From the NCBI GenBank assembly GCA_963716725.1, contig CAVQUB010000013.1, positions 1 through 64,000 of the forward strand: a DNA stretch of 64,000 nt, given 5' to 3'. The DNA is from an uncultured delta proteobacterium. GTDB taxonomy: Bacteria > Myxococcota_A > Polyangia > Polyangiales > Polyangiaceae. Position numbers and translations under genes: made by a program. The notes below the pieces were generated by a model. That model ran no database searches, was not told the DNA's origin, and saw nothing but the letters and a program-made list of their open reading frames with translations. Shown here piece by piece: positions 55,147 through 63,982 of the stretch. Within the stretch, counting starts at the first letter, position 1. The number at the start of each line of letters is the position of its first letter.

Positions 55147-56525
55147 TCTCCGTTGGTTCCGGTGGCGCGACGCTGGGACCGCTCCGCGCCTTCGTCCTCG
55201 AGGGGTGGAGCGGCTCGGGACGGGGTCGATGGCACGGACACGGGCTCGGCGTCCAGATCGAAGAGCTCGGTCAGGGAGTTCATCAGCTGTTCCACGCGAT
55301 AACTCTCGTAGTCCTTGTCGGTGACCACCTGCCGCAGATGAGCCGTCGGCGCGTGCAGCATCTTGTTGAGCGCTGCCTCGAGCATCGTCTCGAGAGCCGC
55401 GCGCTCGTCGGCGCCCAGGTGTTTGAGCCGGCCCTTGAGGCTCCGGTCGAGCTCCGCGCGCAGCATGCGACCGAGCCGAGCGCGGAGCGCCACGACCACC
55501 GGCGTGACCTGCGTGCTCTCGGCCCAACGCTCCCAGCCCGCCATTTCCTCGCACACGACGCGATCGGCGTGCTCCGCTTCACGGGCACGGCTCTGACGTG
55601 TTTCGCCCACCACCCGTTCGAAATCGTCGATGTTGTAGAGAAAGACTTCGCTCTGGCTCTCGACCCGCGGATCGACGTCGCGAGGCACCGCGAGATCGAT
55701 GAAGAAGAGGCTTCGACCCCGGCGCTTCTTGCGCAGCCCGTGGACGAGCTCGTACTCCACCACAAAACCCGGCGCGCTCGTGCTGGTGATCACGACGTCG
55801 GCTTCGATCAACGCCGCCGCCAGATCGCTCCAACGGCGCGCCTCACCGTCGACCGCCGCCGCCAGCACGGCGACCCGGGCCTCGTTGCGCCCGACGACCA
55901 GCAGGCGTGTGCCGGCGTGTTTCAGGAGTTTCGCTACGGTTTCGGCCATCTCGCCGGAGCCCAGCAACACCACCGTGCGCCCGGAGAGCTCGCCAAAAAT
56001 CTGTCGCGCGAGGTCCACCGCCACGCTGGGCACCGAGATCTGCCCCGCCCCAAGCTGGGTTTCGGTGCGCACGCGCTTGGCTGCCCGGATGGCCCTGGGC
56101 ACCGTGCGGTGCAGCGCGCCGCCGACGGTTCCAGCAACTCGCGCGGTCTCGAAGGCGTCCTTCACCTGCCCCAGGATCTGCGGCTCACCCAGCACTAGCG
56201 AGTCCAAGGAGGACGCCACTCGGAACAAGTGGCGCACGGCGTCCACGCCCTCGTGGACGTACAAGTGTTGTCGGATGTCGCTGGCGATGGCCGACAGGCT
56301 CTCGATGGCCTCCCGGCCGACCGCTGCCAAGTCCGACGCCAGTCCGTCACGCCCCGCGGCGATGAGCTCAACGCGGTTGCAGGTCGAGATCAGCATTGCC
56401 TCGCCAATGGACGGCCGCGCCACGATCTGCCGGAGCACCCGCGGGATCTCCGATTTGGGCAGCGCGATGCGTTCTCGGACCGCGATCGGCGCGGTCCGGT
56501 GAGAGAGCCCAGCGACGACGATCAT
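55143..56525 (-). CDS. hemA: glutamyl-tRNA reductase
   Basis: GLSHRTAP, STCNRVE, LDSLVLGEPQILGQVK, DLAVPRD. Confidence 0.98.
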   Translation of the reverse strand: MIVVAGLSHRTAPIAVRERIALPKSEIPRVLRQIVARPSIGEAMLISTCNRVELIAAGRDGLASDLAAVGREAIESLSAIASDIRQHLYVHEGVDAVRHLFRVASSLDSLVLGEPQILGQVKDAFETARVAGTVGGALHRTVPRAIRAAKRVRTETQLGAGQISVPSVAVDLARQIFGELSGRTVVLLGSGEMAETVAKLLKHAGTRLLVVGRNEARVAVLAAAVDGEARRWSDLAAALIEADVVITSTSAPGFVVEYELVHGLRKKRRGRSLFFIDLAVPRDVDPRVESQSEVFLYNIDDFERVVGETRQSRAREAEHADRVVCEEMAGWERWAESTQVTPVVVALRARLGRMLRAELDRSLKGRLKHLGADERAALETMLEAALNKMLHAPTAHLRQVVTDKDYESYRVEQLMNSLTELFDLDAEPVSVPSTPSRAAPPLEDEGAERSQRRATGTNGE

Positions 56526-57343
56526 CCGCTCGCCCCGGTGCTCTTGATCACGTAGAGCAGGATCACCACCGTGACGCACATCACTCCCGCCAGGGTGCCG
56601 TAGGCCGATCGCCGCCCGCGCCACCCGGCGGCGGCCCGCATCACCAGCACTATCGCCAGGAGGATCCAGGTCGTGTACCCGAGGCCCGCTCGCAACAGCT
56701 CGGCGCCACCCGAAGCGCCGAGCCGGCTCGTGAAGAAGCCACCAGTGACCACCCCGAGCGTGAGCAGCGGGAACCCGGTCAAGAGTAGGCGATGCTCGGT
56801 TCGGTCGAGCGTATCGAGGGGCGGCAGCTTGGCGGTGAGCCAAGTGGGACGCTTCTCCTTCAGGCTGCGCTCCTGCACCAAATAGAAGGCGCCCGAGGCG
56901 CCGGCGAGCAGAAAGAAGCCGACGCCGGCCAGGTTCGCGGTGATGTGCACGATGAGCAGGAGCCGCGAAACGCCTTGGATGGAACTCTGCTCGGCGCCGA
57001 CGAACTGAGCACCGATCAAGAACGTGAGGGCGATGGGCGCCACCACCGCACCGACGGCCTGCAGCTTGAATCGAGTGCGCAGCGCCAAGTACATGCCCGT
57101 CAGGATCAACGCCGAGAGGCTCAGCGAGAAGTGCAGCGACTCGACGGGACAGATCCGAGAGAACAGGCTGGCGGTCACCACATGAGCGGCGTGGAGGCAC
57201 GCGCCAACGCCCAGCGCGACGGGGGCCGACATGGCGGCCGTCGCCGAGCCTTCGCGCCGCGCGAGATCGAGGAAGAAGAACACGGCAGCGGCCGCATACG
57301 CTGCGGCCCCCAGATAGAACGCGGCGGTCGCGATGCCTTCCAT
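56522..57343 (-). CDS. ccsA: cytochrome c assembly protein (CcsA/HemX-like)
   Basis: About 8 TM helices; YLVQERSLK.K, LPPLDTLD, GFPLLTLG, GWRGRR; adjacent to hemA. Confidence 0.85.
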   Translation of the reverse strand: MEGIATAAFYLGAAAYAAAAVFFFLDLARREGSATAAMSAPVALGVGACLHAAHVVTASLFSRICPVESLHFSLSLSALILTGMYLALRTRFKLQAVGAVVAPIALTFLIGAQFVGAEQSSIQGVSRLLLIVHITANLAGVGFFLLAGASGAFYLVQERSLKEKRPTWLTAKLPPLDTLDRTEHRLLLTGFPLLTLGVVTGGFFTSRLGASGGAELLRAGLGYTTWILLAIVLVMRAAAGWRGRRSAYGTLAGVMCVTVVILLYVIKSTGASG

Positions 57344-57345
57344 GA

Positions 57346-57747
57346 TCACTCGATGTGGCGGGCGAGGTACTGCGCCAGCATCTCCTCGTCGCTGCTGGAC
57401 CGCGGTCCGTCCGGCGGGGGAGCGCTGGTGGCGCGGTGCTCCACGAAGCTTCCGACGGGCGTCCCCGCGAACCCGGGCACGACGTCGTAGGCCAGATCTC
57501 CGAGCACCATGGAGGTGTCCAATATCTCCGCGCCGAGCTCGGTCATGAAGCTCACGGACTTCACTTTGCCCACGAGCTCGTGGACGTCGAGCCCCCCGGT
57601 CACCTCGGCGAGGACGCGCACCGCCTCGACCACCCGGTACTTCCGCCCTTCGCCCTTGATGACCAGCTCGCTCCCGACCAGATCGACGCGGTCCGCGCCG
57701 AGCCACGAATCGAGGGCTCGCTGGGGGAAGAACACGCGGTTTTTCAT
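57346..57747 (-). CDS. hypothetical protein
   Basis: Coherent ORF at the head of the hem operon (TTG at 57753 is an alternative start). Confidence 0.75.
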   Translation of the reverse strand: MKNRVFFPQRALDSWLGADRVDLVGSELVIKGEGRKYRVVEAVRVLAEVTGGLDVHELVGKVKSVSFMTELGAEILDTSMVLGDLAYDVVPGFAGTPVGSFVEHRATSAPPPDGPRSSSDEEMLAQYLARHIE

Positions 57748-57800
57748 GCGCAAAGGCCGATGCTACACGCTCACTGGCTAGGAGCGGAGAACGCTCTACG

Positions 57801-58297
57801 GCCGGCGGGGCCCGCCGGCAACGCCCTGGGCAAAGTCAGCGAAAATCCCACGGGAAGCCCGCGCGGGGCGGCTCAGAAAGAATCCCCAGCGACCACGAGG
57901 GAAGGAGCACCGGCAGCGCTTGGGAGTCGCCGGTATCTGGGCGAGGCGCACCCCAGGTTGATTCGCCGCGAGACGCTGGCTCGGGTCTGTGCGGCGCCGC
58001 GAGCCGCAGCGTCGCGGCATGGGCGCGAGCGCATCCGACCTGGACGCCTTCCCGCCCGGCGCTCTGCCGCGCTCGAGGGCGAAACGGCCCTGCGAAGAGT
58101 CAGTTCCTGACCCACTGCGCTGCCGCTGCCAAGACCCAAGGCGGCGTCCCTTGCACGACCCTGGGACGACCCTGGGAAGTGCCCGGAGGGGCAAGTCCCT
58201 GAAGAGGGACCCCCCTTGGTGGGGGGGCGTGCAAGCACCGTCCCAGCGCTCGGCGTCACGAGAGAAAGAGCACTGCATGCCCATTTCTTTCTTGACG
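57801..58297. ncRNA. candidate structured non-coding element (ncRNA or MITE-like)
   Basis: Nested complementary segments 57912-19/58117-24, 57944-48/58045-49, 57953-60/58036-43, 57965-78/58007-18, 57978-83/58000-05; multiloop 58150-57/58228-35 enclosing three hairpins; hairpin 58254-97. Confidence 0.4.
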
Positions 58298-58477
58298 CAT
58301 TTCCAGGCGACTCGCGCTCGCGCTTCGCCGAGAACGTCACCGAAGGCGTCCCTGTTGCGCGACGATGCTCGCCCATCGTGTTTCGCTCGAGCGACGACGC
58401 GCGAAGCGATTGGATGCGCGAAACGCGCTCACCGTGTCAGCCGTGAGGCCAAAAAACAGCGTGTTACTGAAGAAAGC

Positions 58478-59000
58478 ATGCACGCTCTCTCTTCGGTCTC
58501 CGATCGCGAACTTCGTGAGCGCCTCGCCTCCGCCGTGAGCGCCGAGCAGCTGGCCTCTGCTGACGTCATCTTCCACCTGGCGGAGCTCGACCGCCGAAAG
58601 CTATACCTCGAAGACGCCTGCTCCTCGCTCTTCGCGTACTGCGTGGAGCGGCTCGGCTACTCCGAGGACGGCGCGAGCAAGCGAGCCCGTGTCGCCCGCT
58701 TGGTTCTGCGTTTTCCCCAGGCCCTCGACGAGCTCGCGAGCGGCGCCATCCACCTGACCGGACTGTTCCTGCTCTCCGGGCACCTCACGGAAGACAACGC
58801 CGACCCACTCATCGCCGAGGCTCGCGGCAAGTCGAAACGGCAGCTCGAGGAGTTGCTCGCCCGGTCATTCCCCCGGTCCGATGTGCCGGCGACCATCACC
58901 CCGAGCGGGCCCGAGCCGGCTCGAGCGGAGCTATCAACAATGTCCGGGACAGGTGGCTCCGAGCCGTCGGCGCCGCCCGCGTCATCGGCGCACCGCCCCC
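58478..59000 (+). pseudogene. HNH endonuclease gene, 5' part (DUF222-like helical domain), interrupted by transposon
   Basis: LAELDRRKLY...CSSLFAYCVERLGYSE..A.KR..VAR...FP....LASGAIHLT; rejoins 62264 in frame. Confidence 0.85.
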
Positions 59001-59176
59001 TGTAGTTTCCCACGCTCTTCCCCCGCCCGAATCCCGGGCATTTTCGTGATGCCCTCGGGGTGGTTTCCCGGAGTGCGGTGGTCGAGTGGGCGTGGCGAGG
59101 TGGTGGCAGAAAGGGAGCGGCCCGACGGAGACGTGGATCTCCGCCGGGCCTTGTGGACCGTCGCCGGGCGCTGGGC

Positions 59177-59974
59177 TCAGGTGACTTCGGCCATGGCGGA
59201 CTGGATGTGCTCGGTCGTGACGGTCCTGCTCTTGGTGAGCGCGGCGGCCATGAGCGCGTGGTGAGCGAGCAGGTTCACCTTCCGGGGCAGGCCGTTCGAC
59301 GCCTGGAAGATCGCCTCCTGGGTTGCGGGCTCGAAGAGTTCGAGCTCGGTTCCGGCGAGTCGGAGCAGGTGCGTGAGGTACGGGCCGAGCTCGTCACGGG
59401 CAAGACCCGGGACGTGAGCGCGCACGACGACGCGCTGCGAGAGCGCCTCGTGCACCGCCATGCCGAGGCGGCGGCGCAGTTCCGGGTGTCCGACGAGGAC
59501 CAGGCAGAGGCGGTTGTCGGAGTCCATCGCGTAGTTGGTGAGCAGGCGCAGGTCCTCGAGCACGTCGCTCCTGAGGTGATGAGCTTCGTCCACGATCAGG
59601 ATCGGTTTCTGCCGGGCCTCGCTGCAGAGCCGCGTCACCTCGGTCCCGATCTGCCGGAACAGTGCGGCGCGGTTGCGCTCGGTGGGTAGGCCGATCTCCC
59701 AGGCGATGGTCTTGTAGAGATCCATCACGTTGCCGGTGGTGAGCGACACGTAGAGGACGCGGTGCAGACCCGTGTGGAGACCGGCGACAATCTTCCGACA
59801 CGCGGTGGTCTTGCCGCTGCCGCTCTCACCGGTGACCACACCGATGCCGCGCAAGTCGAGGAGATGGGCGAGCCGGGCGTCGAGTTCTCGGAGCGCACCG
59901 GAGGCGAAGAGCTCGTCGGGCTCGATGTTTTTGGCGAAGGGGTGGCGGGTGAGGCCGAAGTGCTTGCGGTACAT
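59177..59974 (-). CDS. ExeA-like AAA+ ATPase (TnsC/MuB-like role inferred)
   Basis: HFGL..HPF, GESGSGKT, IVDEAH, LVGHPEL, GLPRKVN; TGATG-coupled to the transposase. Confidence 0.93.
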   Translation of the reverse strand: MYRKHFGLTRHPFAKNIEPDELFASGALRELDARLAHLLDLRGIGVVTGESGSGKTTACRKIVAGLHTGLHRVLYVSLTTGNVMDLYKTIAWEIGLPTERNRAALFRQIGTEVTRLCSEARQKPILIVDEAHHLRSDVLEDLRLLTNYAMDSDNRLCLVLVGHPELRRRLGMAVHEALSQRVVVRAHVPGLARDELGPYLTHLLRLAGTELELFEPATQEAIFQASNGLPRKVNLLAHHALMAAALTKSRTVTTEHIQSAMAEVT

Positions 59975-61377
59975 CAGAGGAGGTCCCCCTCGTCGTCGCC
60001 AGCGCCGCCCTGCTGGTTGTCCCCGACATCGAAGTCGAAGTCGCTCAAGCGCATGCCGGGGGGCGGCTCGTCCACGGGCTGAGATGGATGCAGGGCCTTC
60101 GTCGTGTGATCGCGTCGGACGAAACAGTTGGCGTAGACGTCGACACGGCGAGCGATCTGGATCTGCTTTCCGCGATGCCAGACCTGGACGGCACGTGTCT
60201 CTCGCGGACGCGCCGGATCGAAGCGAAGGACGACGGTCTCGCCGACGAGCATCGCGTCCACTTCGTAGGCCACGCTGTCGAGCGACACGGTGCGGTCGGC
60301 CTGCACACGGCGCTTCTGCTCGAAGAGAAACAGATCGGCGAGGTCGCTCGACGACTGGCGCACCTCGTCTGAGCGCATCGCCCAGCGATCCGCGGGCGTC
60401 TCACCGTCGAGTCCGCGGTGGGGACTCCGATGATACTCACCCTCGACCCACGCCCAGAGACGGCGGTTGAGTGCTTCGAGACTCCGCCTGTCCTCGGGCT
60501 GGAGCGTCGGCAGGAGCTGAAGACGCACGGTCCGAAACCACCGCTCCATCTTTCCTTTTCCCTGGGGCGTGTAGGGACGCGCGTGGATCAAGGTGATGCC
60601 GAGCTTCGCGCACACGAGCGCCAGGTGCTGTGCTTTGAAGGCGGCACCGTTGTCGACGTAAAGCCGCTTGGGGATCCCGCGGCGGCAGATCCCTTGCTCG
60701 AGCACGCTGAGAAGGGTCGCGGCGTTCTCGCTGAGCGCGAAGGCCGCATACGGCACCATCCGTGTCGCGTCGTCGATGACGGCGAGCAGGTACGTCTTCC
60801 GCTGCCGCCCGGACACGGCGACGGCGGGGCCGTGCATCACGTCGCTCATCCACAGTTCGCCCGCCTTCTCGAAGGCGAAGCGTCGGCGGTCCTTCGCCGT
60901 CGGCTCGCCCTGCTTCTTCTGCATGAGTCCGGCCCGAGACAAGATCCGGTGCACCGTCGATGGCGCAAGCGTGACCCCCTCCGGGATCTTCGCGAAGCGC
61001 GTCACGTGCGCGATGACGAGTCCGACGCTGAAGTCCGCGTGCTGCTCTTTCGTCTCGCAGAGCAGATCCGCGATCTCCCGGGGAATGGCGCGAGCCGAGC
61101 CCTCGTCCCGTCGGATCTTCGGGACAAGGGCGTCGAAGCCGCCGCGTCGGTAGTCCGCAAGCCATCCGCGGATCGTTTCGGCCTGGACCTTCCGCCGGAG
61201 CGTTCCGGGGATCTCCCAGTCCTTCTCCGCCTTCTCGCGCAGCTTCGCGTACATGCCGCGCGCACCGCGCTCGAGGTGGAGCAGATCTGCGATCACGCCA
61301 TAACGGAACAGCGCGATCTGCTTTCTGCGCTCGGCGTCAGCGAGCGTGCGTTCGTTTTCGGGGGTCGGTGTCCTCAT
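59974..61377 (-). CDS. DDE integrase/transposase (rve core + Mu-transposase C-terminal-like domain)
   Basis: HTH region; WMSD, IDDATR, YVDNG, GKMERWF; RRVQADRTVSL...YEV...LRFDP. Confidence 0.93.
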   Translation of the reverse strand: MRTPTPENERTLADAERRKQIALFRYGVIADLLHLERGARGMYAKLREKAEKDWEIPGTLRRKVQAETIRGWLADYRRGGFDALVPKIRRDEGSARAIPREIADLLCETKEQHADFSVGLVIAHVTRFAKIPEGVTLAPSTVHRILSRAGLMQKKQGEPTAKDRRRFAFEKAGELWMSDVMHGPAVAVSGRQRKTYLLAVIDDATRMVPYAAFALSENAATLLSVLEQGICRRGIPKRLYVDNGAAFKAQHLALVCAKLGITLIHARPYTPQGKGKMERWFRTVRLQLLPTLQPEDRRSLEALNRRLWAWVEGEYHRSPHRGLDGETPADRWAMRSDEVRQSSSDLADLFLFEQKRRVQADRTVSLDSVAYEVDAMLVGETVVLRFDPARPRETRAVQVWHRGKQIQIARRVDVYANCFVRRDHTTKALHPSQPVDEPPPGMRLSDFDFDVGDNQQGGAGDDEGDLL

Positions 61378-61428
61378 CGGAGTTCTCTTTCGGTGTCGGC
61401 CCGGGTCCGTCCCGGGCACACCAACCCG

Positions 61429-62106
61429 CTATCGGTCCCGCCGAGGAGGGTCCGGCCCCGTTTCGTGTGGGGTCGGCTCTCGCGATGCTTGCCGCGCTCG
61501 CCCTCGCGCCCGCAGTCCGACCGGCGCTGGCATGGCGGCCAGGTGAATGGCCGCGGCCGACCGCAGCGCCACGAGCGCATCCGACACCCCGAGTCGTTGC
61601 CGCACCGCGCCAAGCGTCGCCGGGCAGCCCGTGAGCGCCGGCACCAGCGTCACTGCCGCCACGAGCGCCGCGTGGACAGCAACACGCCGCCGCCGGAGCC
61701 ACCGCAGCGCGCTTGGAAGCGTCACCGCGTCCGCTGCGATCGCGGGGCGCACCTTCTCGGCGACCGCCTCCAGACTCTTGGCGCCCTCGGCCACCTCGAC
61801 GGCCCGCTCGACCTCCTCGAGCGTGCCCGACAGTCGGGAAGCCAGAAAATCAGGCAAAAGGCTGATAGTCACCCGAGCCCGCGGGCACCAGAACCGGGCG
61901 ACGCGGACGCCGACGGGGCGGACCCGACCGTAGCTCCCGTGCCCCGCGAGACCGCAGCCGCCCTCCGGGTGCAGCGGGCACCGCTCCAAACTTGCGGCCC
62001 GCCACGCCTGCTCGGTAACGTACCGCTCGCTGGTGAGGGTCGTCTCGTAACGGACAACCAATCCTTCGCTGGCCGGGTCCGTGCGGGTGCTACCGCGACG
62101 GACCAA
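61429..62106 (-). CDS. transposon accessory protein with Cys/His cluster (DUF6431-like)
   Basis: CPLH..GGC...HGSYGR...RFWCP....TISLLPDFLA; start uncertain. Confidence 0.75.
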   Translation of the reverse strand: MVRRGSTRTDPASEGLVVRYETTLTSERYVTEQAWRAASLERCPLHPEGGCGLAGHGSYGRVRPVGVRVARFWCPRARVTISLLPDFLASRLSGTLEEVERAVEVAEGAKSLEAVAEKVRPAIAADAVTLPSALRWLRRRRVAVHAALVAAVTLVPALTGCPATLGAVRQRLGVSDALVALRSAAAIHLAAMPAPVGLRARGRARQASREPTPHETGPDPPRRDR

Positions 62107-62263
62107 CCTTCTCCGGCGATCAGCTTTCCGCGGATCAGCCTCTCAGGAAAAAAGAACGGCGAAGCTCTCCGGAGTCCGAACCCGGCTCACCCGAAACAAC
62201 GAGCGCCCAGACCGACACCACGACCGCGGGGGATCACGACGGAGGGTGACGGCCTACACCCCC

Positions 62264-62976
62264 GGGTCGAACCGCTCTCGGCCACGAGCTTCCGCGTGGA
62301 ATTCACAGCCAGCGCCACGCTCCGCGACAAGCTCGATCACGCCCGGAACCTCCTCAGCCACGCCGTGCCGAGCGGGGATCTCGCGGCCCTTATCGAGCGG
62401 GCCATCGACCAGCTCATCGCCGTCGAGACGAAGCGCCGCTCGGGCGCGGGCAAGCCGCGCAAGCACCGCGAAGTGAAGCCGGGCTCGCGCCACGTGCCGG
62501 TGGAGGTCCAGAGCGCGGTGCGGGAGCGGGATTGCAACCGGTGCACCTTCGTCGATGCCGAGGGGCACCGCTGTTCTGAAAAGCAGTTCTTGACCATCGA
62601 GCACGTCGACCCTTACGCGATGGGAGGGCCAACGACAGCGGATAACTGCTGTTTGCTCTGTTCGCCTCACAACGCGTTTCGAGCGCGACAAATCTACGGC
62701 GAGCAGCACGTCCGGAAGAAGGTCTCGGAGGCTCGCGCGAGCCGGGGAGCGAGCGGCGCGACTGCGGGGACTGCGGGGACTGCGGGGACTGCGGGGGCTG
62801 CGGGGACTGCGGCCGAGGCGAAGGGCGACGTGTTCGAGAAGGTGCTGGCGGCTCTGCTTCACTCGGGGTTCAAGCGGAAGGACGCGCGGCGAGCCCTCGA
62901 ACAGGTGCGCGCGCTCGGAGTCGAGCCGCAGCTCGAACCAGTGCTGCGCGGAGCGCTGGCCGTACTCACTCCCTGA
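62264..62976 (+). pseudogene. HNH endonuclease gene, 3' part (HNH + RuvA-C-like tail)
   Basis: VRERD.NRCTF....HRC.....IEHVDP...GG.T..DN..LLC..HN; tail VLAALLHSGFKRKDARRAL...LRGAL. Confidence 0.87.
62761..62814 (+). repeat. 9-bp tandem repeat ACTGCGGGG x6 (Thr-Ala-Gly linker)
   Basis: Directly visible; two units have substitutions. Confidence 0.9.
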
Positions 62977-63011
62977 CACGGTTCGGGCACACCCCCGACA
63001 AAGGCTGAGCA

Positions 63012-63824
63012 TTGGTCTCATCGCGCAAGGCTCAACTGCTCGAGCGCGTCCGCAGCTGCACGGACTCGCGCGAAGCCACGACGGATGACGATCGTCCCCG
63101 GTGGTCCACTCGAGGAATTGCCCGTGTAGCCAGCAGCTCACGCCGAGCCGCGGCGCAGAAGCGTGCGGCCCAGGATCGCCTCGACCGGCTCGACGCGGCG
63201 CTCGCGCAGTTGCCCGGGGTCGCGAGGACCAAGAGCAAGAGCGGCGCCAAGGACCCGACCCCTCGAGTGTCGACGACCGATCCGCAGGCACGGGTGATGA
63301 AGATGGGCGACGGAGGATTCCGGCCCGCCTACAACGTGCAGCTCACCACGACCGCCGACGACGCGCTGGTCATCGTCGGTGTCGCCGTCACCCATCGCGG
63401 CAGCGACATGGGCGAATCGACTCCGATGCTCGAGCAGATCGAGAAGCGGACTGGCATCCGGCCACGAGAGCTCCTCGTCGATGGGGGATACGCGAAGCAT
63501 CAAGCCATCGACGAAGCTGCCGCGCGCAACGTCACCGTCTACGCTCCGCTCCCCAAGCCCCGCAACGACGACGGCCCTGACCCCCACCGGCCGAGGGGTG
63601 CCGACAGCGCGGCCGTTGCCGCCTGGAGACAGCGCATGGCCACCGACGAGGCCAAGCAGATCTACCGGCAACGGGCCGCGACCGCCGAGACCGTCTACGC
63701 GGACGCCAAAACGCACCGCGGGCTCGACTCGCTGACCCTGCGGGGACGGGGCAAGGTCCTCGCCAGCGTGACGCTCTTCGCGCTCACGTACGACATCCTG
63801 CGCGCCATCACCCTCGGCGTCTGA
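63012..63824 (+). pseudogene. IS1182-like transposase, 5'-truncated
   Basis: STTDPQARVMK..DGGFRPAYNVQ, LVDGGY, YRQR...AE, LRG..KV; N-terminal part absent (homology seems to start near 63140). Confidence 0.85.
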
Positions 63825-63965
63825 ACCCGCCACCGCTCTGCCGCGGCCATACTTTCCGCGCTCGGCCCACCCGAATCGAATCGCGCCCCACGGCGCTCCC
63901 CGCGCTCCCGCCCTGCTCCTGGGACTCGCCCTCGCTCGATCTCCCGGCGGCGCACGCTCATCCGA

Positions 63966-63982
63966 TTTCTTCTCACCCTCTC
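63966..63982. mobile_element. putative right terminal repeat of the IS1182-like element
   Basis: TTTCTTCTCACCCTCTC about 140 nt after the transposase stop; no partner end seen. Confidence 0.4.

Larger units (their letters stand above)
59001..62258 (-). mobile_element. 3258-bp Mu/Tn7-like (DDE + AAA ATPase) transposon
   Basis: TGTAG...CTACA ends, 5-bp CCCCC duplication (58996-59000 and 62259-62263); excision restores the host ORF. Confidence 0.92.

Noticed and set aside
57826..57862. GGGCAAA...GAAA resembling a c-di-GMP-I riboswitch
   Set aside because: Bases flanking GAAA (GTCAGC/ATCCCA) do not pair and the downstream consensus is missing.
59177..59974. ATPase as type II secretion ExeA
   Set aside because: It lies inside transposon ends, is coupled to the transposase, and no secretion genes are nearby.
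60418..62976. 852-aa plus-strand ORF running through the transposon into the HNH 3' half
   Set aside because: The first ~615 codons are antisense to the transposon genes or in its end, a common high-GC artefact; only the part after 62264 is protein-like.
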